A program made the position numbers and the translations under genes. The notes under the pieces were generated by a model. It was given only the letters and a program-made list of their open reading frames with translations. It had not been told where the DNA came from and searched no databases. Positions 59,173 to 64,000 of a stretch of DNA of 64,000 nt are shown here, piece by piece. Position 1 is the stretch's first letter, and each line of letters opens with the position of its first letter. This stretch comes from Syntrophales bacterium. Lineage in GTDB: Bacteria > Desulfobacterota > Syntrophia > Syntrophales > UBA8958. The stretch covers positions 18,832 through 82,831 of the forward strand of contig DAOTJR010000002.1 of assembly GCA_035448805.1 (NCBI GenBank), written 5' to 3'.

Positions 59173-59345
59173 TTTTTTTACCTCACGATGATGTCTTTTT
59201 CAAAAAAAAACCGAGTGCAGAGGGATTCTCTTCCACCCGGTGTCTTCGTCAATCTTGAATTCCTACTACGAGTTCGATAAGATCAAAACCGCGGTCATGT
59301 AAAGGTAAATACAAAACCCGAACCTCCCTTGCCAAAAGCGCGGCT

Positions 59346-59374
59346 TACTAATCATAAGTCGTATTGCTTGTCAA
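59346..59374 (-). promoter_or_regulatory. possible sigma70 promoter of the atpF'FHAGDC operon
   Basis: The minus strand reads TTGACA, a 17-nt spacer, then TTAGTA, about 175 nt upstream of the first atp gene. Confidence 0.35.
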
Positions 59375-59404
59375 GCTTTTTTTGGTCGCAATCTCGCCCC
59401 GTCA

Positions 59405-60517
59405 TCACGGCAGCAGGATAAAACGCCGCATGCTGATATTGATCAATAACCCAATGGACATCATGAGAACCACGATCGAAGAACCGCCGTAACTTAGGAA
59501 CGGCAGGGGAACCCCCACCACGGGAAGGATGCCGATAACCATCCCGATATTGATAAAGACACCCCAGAAAATCATGATCGTGATCCCGTATGCCATGATC
59601 GTTCCAGGCAAGTCCCTGGAGTTGTTCGCGATCTTGAATCCCCAGAGCACCAGGAAGAGAAACAGGATCACCAGCGAGACCCCGCCGGCAAAACCCCATT
59701 CTTCGGCAAAGACGGAAAAGACGAAATCCGTCTGCTGTTCCGGAAGGAATTTCAACTGGGTCTGCGTGCCTTTCAAAAAACCTTTGCCGAGCAGACCTCC
59801 CGAACCGACGGCAATCATCGACTGGATGATGTGATAACCTGCACCGAGGGGGTCCCGTTCCGGATCGAGAAAGGTAAGGATCCTTTCTCTCTGATAATCC
59901 TTAAGAAAATGCCAGGCCAGCGGGATCATGAGCAGACCCGAGATCCCCCCGATCAGCAGATCCCTGATGCGGACGCCGACAAAAATGATCACCGACAGGA
60001 AGATAATCAGCAACAGCAGCGCCGTGCCCAAATCGGGCTGACGAAGAATGAGGATAAAAGGGAGCAGGACGAGCGCCAGGGGCACCAGCAAGTCCCCGAA
60101 CCCATAACGGGTACCGCTGACCCCGTGGGTGCTGAAATACCTGGCCAGGGCCAGGATCAACGTGAACTTGACCAACTCCGAAGGCTGAAAGGTGAACCCC
60201 CCCAGGGCGATCCAGCGCTGCGAGCCATGGGTCGTGTATCCGTAGAGGCTTACGAACACGAGCAGCAGGATGGAAAAGCCATGCAGTACATATGCGTACC
60301 GGTTCAGCAGTCGGTAATCGACGGAGACGATCACCAGCAGGAAAAACAGGCCGATGACGATCCACTGAATCTGCTTGAGATACAGGGGGATCTTGGTCGA
60401 GGTAAGGCTGAAACCGGTACTGTATATGTTCAGCACACCGATGGCACAAATGGCAAGGGAAACGATCAGCAGTGTCCAGTCAAAGCTCAACAGCCACTTT
60501 TTTTCGATTTTGATCAA
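59405..60517 (-). CDS. rodA: rod shape-determining protein RodA (SEDS family)
   Basis: 370 aa, 10-TM FtsW/RodA/SpoVE pattern, with PSELVK, FLPEQQTDFVFS and a C-terminal GVPLPFLSYGGSS. TTG start with a GAGGTGA RBS. Confidence 0.9.
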   Translation of the reverse strand: MIKIEKKWLLSFDWTLLIVSLAICAIGVLNIYSTGFSLTSTKIPLYLKQIQWIVIGLFFLLVIVSVDYRLLNRYAYVLHGFSILLLVFVSLYGYTTHGSQRWIALGGFTFQPSELVKFTLILALARYFSTHGVSGTRYGFGDLLVPLALVLLPFILILRQPDLGTALLLLIIFLSVIIFVGVRIRDLLIGGISGLLMIPLAWHFLKDYQRERILTFLDPERDPLGAGYHIIQSMIAVGSGGLLGKGFLKGTQTQLKFLPEQQTDFVFSVFAEEWGFAGGVSLVILFLFLVLWGFKIANNSRDLPGTIMAYGITIMIFWGVFINIGMVIGILPVVGVPLPFLSYGGSSIVVLMMSIGLLINISMRRFILLP

Positions 60518-60534
60518 ATCTCATCACCTCGTAG

Positions 60535-60668
60535 TGAAACCCGCATGACGGCCCGCCGTCACAAAGCAGGATGAAAATGCTGGGACGCGCTCCGCAGTGT
60601 CCGCAGCGGCTCCGTCAATGATAAACCGTTGTAGATCAATAACATATGCATGCATTTGCGAGTGAAAA
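60535..60668 (-). repeat. family-1 intergenic repeat, copy F
   Basis: Lies inside the 377-nt mrdA-rodA spacer and is co-oriented with the operon. The terminal hairpin is TGACGG-CGGG-CCGTCA. It ends about 10 nt before the rodA RBS. Confidence 0.9.
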
Positions 60669-60894
60669 CGCCGCTTCGCCTGCGGTGCAGGCTGCTTCCG
60701 TGTGATTTTGGTAACATGTCGACATCAAAGCGTTAACTATACACGAAGACATCAATAAATGCGCATGTTGAAGGTTCTTTAGAATTGGCGACGTCATATT
60801 CATGCGCAAATAATTCCGACGCTGTGTACAGGCACCGCCGCGGTGACGCCGGTCGTTACCGCATCAGGTCCTGAAAATCCGCCCCGGCCGTCGA

Positions 60895-62850
60895 TCACTC
60901 TTCGTCGCCGTCGTCTGCGGGCGCCCTTTCCCTTTGCTCCCCATCGCCCGGCTTCATGCCGGCCCGGGCGGCGTTGCCCCCATGGTCCGCCGGTGCGACC
61001 TGCGGTTGCGCCCGCTCCTGCTTGAGGCGGAAATAGGCGTCGATTATCTTCCGGGCTACCGGTGCGGCAACCGCACCGCCGTGACCCGCATTTTCAACGA
61101 TCACCGCCACGGCTATCTCCGGTTGCCTGTAAGGTGCGAAACAGGCAAAAAGGGCGTGATCACGAAAGCGCCCGGAGTAAGACATCGGTCGCCGATTCCT
61201 TTCCTCCCGGGGCATTCCGACTACTTGCGAGGTACCGGTCTTACCCGCCACGTCCGCCTCCGGGCGCCGCAGCGCGCCGCCGGTGCCGCCGGGTTCGTTG
61301 ACCACCCCCCAGAGCCCTTTCCTGATCATCTCCAGGTTCGCCGCCGAGAGTGACAGCTCCCCGGTCTTCTCCGGGGGAAAGGTCTTTACGATCCTTCCGT
61401 CCGCCTCTTCGATCTGCCGGACGAGACGGGGGCGCCACAGGGTGCCGCCGTTGGCCAGAGCGGCGTAGGCGCGGGCAAGCTGCAGGGGCGTCACCAAATC
61501 GAATCCCTGACCGATGGCGATGGGGATGTTTTCCCCCTGCTGCCACGGTTCTTTGAATCTTTGCAGTTTCCAGGCCTTGGTGGGCACCAGTCCCGGTTTC
61601 TCCCGGGGCAGATCGATGCCGGTGCGGGCTCCGAAGCCGAAAGAGCGGGCATATTCCGCCAGTTTATCCACACCTAAGGCCTTGCCGAGATTATAGAAAT
61701 AAACGTCGCAAGATTCCACCAGGGCCCGGTGCAGATTTACCCAGCCGTGACCGTGGCGCTGCCAGCATCGATAGTTACGGTTGCCGAGGGCAAAGGAACC
61801 GTTGCAGAAAAAGCGTGTTTCCGGTGTAATCATGCCTTCGGAAAGCGCCGCCGCCGCCGTAACCACCTTGTACGTCGATCCCGGGGGATACTGCCCGGAT
61901 ACGGCCCTATTTTCCATGGGGTGACGCGCGTCCCCGGCCAGCTTGTCCCAGTCCCGCCGGGAAATTCCGCCGTTGAAGAGATTCGGATCGAAGGAGGGAG
62001 AACTTACCATGGCCAGAACGGAACCATCCCTGGTATCGAGGACTACGGCGGCGCCGCTTCTTCCCGCCATGGCCGCATCCGCGGCCGTCTGCAGATCGAA
62101 ATCGATCGTCAAGACCGCATTGTACCCCGACACCGGCGCGACGCTCCCCAGGGATTTGATCACCCGGCCCGTGACGTTTACTTCCACCTGTTCGGCTCCG
62201 GGTCTGCCGGACAGATAAGCATCCAGAAGCCTCTCGATCCCGGCCTTGCCGACGATGTCTCCCGGACCGCTGTCATCGCCTTCCCTTTGTTCCAGTTCCT
62301 CCCTGCTGATCTCCCCGGTATAACCGATAATATGGGATGTGATAGCACCGCCGAGATATTTTCTTACCGGCGCGACCTCCACCACCACCCCCGGCAGTTC
62401 GAGGGCGTGGATTTCCACCAGGGCGATCTTCTCCGGGGGGATGTTCCTTTCCAGGCGAATCGGCATGAAGGGCCTGGTTCTACTGGGCAACTGGACATCC
62501 TCCTCCATAGCCAGGCCTTTTTTTGCATAAACCGCGGCCACGGCCGTGGTTATCTTATTGATATCCGTAATCCGGTTCGGAACATAAATCAAATCGAAGG
62601 CGGGCTGATTATCCACCAGCACCCGACGCCGGGCATCCATAATCAACCCCCGGAAGGGCTTGAGTTTGCGCAGCCGGACGCTGTTGCTCTCCGAACGGAG
62701 TTTGTATTCATCCCCCTTGACCACCTGCAGATAAGCCATCCTGATGATCAGGACGGCAAAGGCGATCAGGACAAGGGCGAAGAGCCGCCGGAAACGTACC
62801 CGGTAATCAGATGCATCATGGCCGTTCAATCGACCGGACATACCCATCAC
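60895..62850 (-). CDS. mrdA: penicillin-binding protein 2 (elongasome transpeptidase)
   Basis: 651 aa. PBP dimerisation domain, STYK (SxxK in PPGSTYKVV), a SxN region, KTGTSQ (KTG), and a low-complexity acidic C-terminal tail. Confidence 0.9.
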   Translation of the reverse strand: MMGMSGRLNGHDASDYRVRFRRLFALVLIAFAVLIIRMAYLQVVKGDEYKLRSESNSVRLRKLKPFRGLIMDARRRVLVDNQPAFDLIYVPNRITDINKITTAVAAVYAKKGLAMEEDVQLPSRTRPFMPIRLERNIPPEKIALVEIHALELPGVVVEVAPVRKYLGGAITSHIIGYTGEISREELEQREGDDSGPGDIVGKAGIERLLDAYLSGRPGAEQVEVNVTGRVIKSLGSVAPVSGYNAVLTIDFDLQTAADAAMAGRSGAAVVLDTRDGSVLAMVSSPSFDPNLFNGGISRRDWDKLAGDARHPMENRAVSGQYPPGSTYKVVTAAAALSEGMITPETRFFCNGSFALGNRNYRCWQRHGHGWVNLHRALVESCDVYFYNLGKALGVDKLAEYARSFGFGARTGIDLPREKPGLVPTKAWKLQRFKEPWQQGENIPIAIGQGFDLVTPLQLARAYAALANGGTLWRPRLVRQIEEADGRIVKTFPPEKTGELSLSAANLEMIRKGLWGVVNEPGGTGGALRRPEADVAGKTGTSQVVGMPREERNRRPMSYSGRFRDHALFACFAPYRQPEIAVAVIVENAGHGGAVAAPVARKIIDAYFRLKQERAQPQVAPADHGGNAARAGMKPGDGEQRERAPADDGDEE

Positions 62851-63325
62851 GGAGCCAACCTATGCCATGGAACATTTTAAACAAGAAGGGGCTGAACATG
62901 CTCACCAGCAATAATTGGGGCAGGAAAAACCTCACGAGATCAAAAAAGACATTCGTGCCGTTGAGCAGACGGTGCAGCAGCAGCAACAGCAACCCTTCCA
63001 ACAGACCGCAACATAACGTGAGGACGATCAGAAAAAGAGTGCTTTCCGCATAGATATGGAGGGATAGCATATAAACAAGAAGGAAGACCGTCACATAGAC
63101 AAGGGCATAGCTGCCGGATCCGGCCCCGGTGATGCAGTCCATCATCAAACCGAGGAGGGGTACCAGAATGCTGCCCCGTACGACTTCCATACGGAGACCT
63201 GCATAGATAACCAGGACCAGGGATATTTCCACGGCAATGCTGTGAAAAAAAACGGCCCCCAGGACGGTGTGTTGAAAAACCACGAGGAGCAACAGAAACC
63301 AGGGGATCATGAGATAAAAGATCAT
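62816..63325 (-). CDS. mreD: rod shape-determining protein MreD
   Basis: 169 aa, multi-TM protein sitting between mreC and mrdA. Confidence 0.75.
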   Translation of the reverse strand: MIFYLMIPWFLLLLVVFQHTVLGAVFFHSIAVEISLVLVIYAGLRMEVVRGSILVPLLGLMMDCITGAGSGSYALVYVTVFLLVYMLSLHIYAESTLFLIVLTLCCGLLEGLLLLLLHRLLNGTNVFFDLVRFFLPQLLLVSMFSPFLFKMFHGIGWLRDGYVRSIERP

Positions 63326-64000
63326 CTCTTTTTACCCCCGGGCAAGAGAAGCACCAGCGCCTCTTCCATCCGCGTGAAGTCGACCGCCGGGACAACTTCT
63401 ATCCGCTGGAACAACCCGGGATCTTTCTTGTCCGCCCGGAGTACCGTCCCCAAAAGCAATCCCTTGGGGAACACTTCCGTCATTCCGGACGACACCACCA
63501 GGTCTCCATCCCGGATGTCTTCCGTCTTGACAATATACTTCAAGACACAACGTTTCGCTCCCGTTCCCTGCAGTATTCCCTGCACCCGGCTGCCGTGGAC
63601 GAGGGCGTCCACATTACTGTTACCGTCCGTGATCAGAAGGACCCGTGAAACATGCCAGGAGGTCTCGATTATCCTGCCCACCACCCCCTGGTCGTTGATC
63701 ACGGGGAGCCCGTTCCGGACACCGTGAGCGGAACCCTTGTTGATCAGGATCGTCTTGAGCAGTGATTTCTGATCGATCCCGATGATCCTCGCCGGCAAGG
63801 CCTGATATTCGCTCTGTTCCTTCAGGGCGAGGAGTTTCTGCAGCCGCAGCCCCTCCAGGTATCCTTCCCGGTATTGGAGCAACTGATTCTGCAAGCGGTC
63901 GTTTTCCTTCTTCAGCCGCCGGTTTTCCGTTTCCATCCCCACCAGGAAAAGGTATCGGGACCAGATCTCGACGATCTTGTCCATGGGCGCCCTGACGATC
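63322..64000 (-). CDS. mreC: rod shape-determining protein MreC (N-terminus probably beyond the window edge)
   Basis: ENRRLKKENDRLQNQL coiled segment, then beta-rich domains (GLPVINDQGVVGRI...GDLVVSSG). The reading frame stays open upstream of the listed ATG 63984 out to position 64000. Confidence 0.85.
   Translation of the reverse strand, partial: IVRAPMDKIVEIWSRYLFLVGMETENRRLKKENDRLQNQLLQYREGYLEGLRLQKLLALKEQSEYQALPARIIGIDQKSLLKTILINKGSAHGVRNGLPVINDQGVVGRIIETSWHVSRVLLITDGNSNVDALVHGSRVQGILQGTGAKRCVLKYIVKTEDIRDGDLVVSSGMTEVFPKGLLLGTVLRADKKDPGLFQRIEVVPAVDFTRMEEALVLLLPGGKKR

Overview
High-GC (about 60% by eye) chromosomal segment with very dense coding. The gene content points to an anaerobic Desulfobacterota/Syntrophia-like bacterium; this rests on content only and has low confidence. 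I support about 60 CDS, one tRNA, several intrinsic terminators and promoters, and two intergenic repeat families.

Gene order, left to right:
- An atypical type II FAS-like cluster on the minus strand (KAS, FabZ-like, FabG, FabA-like, KAS III, acyl-CoA dehydrogenase, FabD), which continues past the left edge.
- An AtoE-like short-chain fatty acid transporter with a structured leader.
- A membrane-fused spermidine-synthase-like protein, a FadB-like bifunctional enzyme, RfbB, SufC plus SufBD-like, OsmC-like, and NlpC/P60-SPOR.
- An RlmI-like methyltransferase, a DUF4384 lipoprotein, an SfsA-DUF123 fusion, and ManC.
- A MerP-like HMA protein interrupted by an in-frame TGA.
- Maf, YggS, an MBL hydrolase, PurC, DnaJ, and a lytic transglycosylase.
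- A divergent RelA/SpoT-like protein.
- An XRE-cupin regulator followed by a 2-oxoacid:ferredoxin oxidoreductase operon whose delta subunit is fused to a GltD-like NAD(P)H flavoprotein.
- PanE and tRNA-Arg(CCU).
- A lower-GC stretch holding a Prx-like ORF with an in-frame TGA, small membrane proteins, a nitroreductase, a GNAT, a lipoprotein and Csp.
- FtcD-like, FtsY, SMC, a radical SAM enzyme, a methyltransferase, MoaA and GreA.
- atpF'FHAGDC, then mreC(partial)-mreD-mrdA-rodA.

Most notable observations:
- Two candidate selenoproteins. One has a textbook hairpin 11 nt after the UGA.
- A structured repeat of about 130 nt present six times.
- A second repeat family present three times.
- The GltD-ferredoxin fusion inside the OFOR operon.
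- A degenerate RSH-like protein faced by an orphan near-consensus promoter.

I saw no CRISPR array, rRNA, transposase or integrase.
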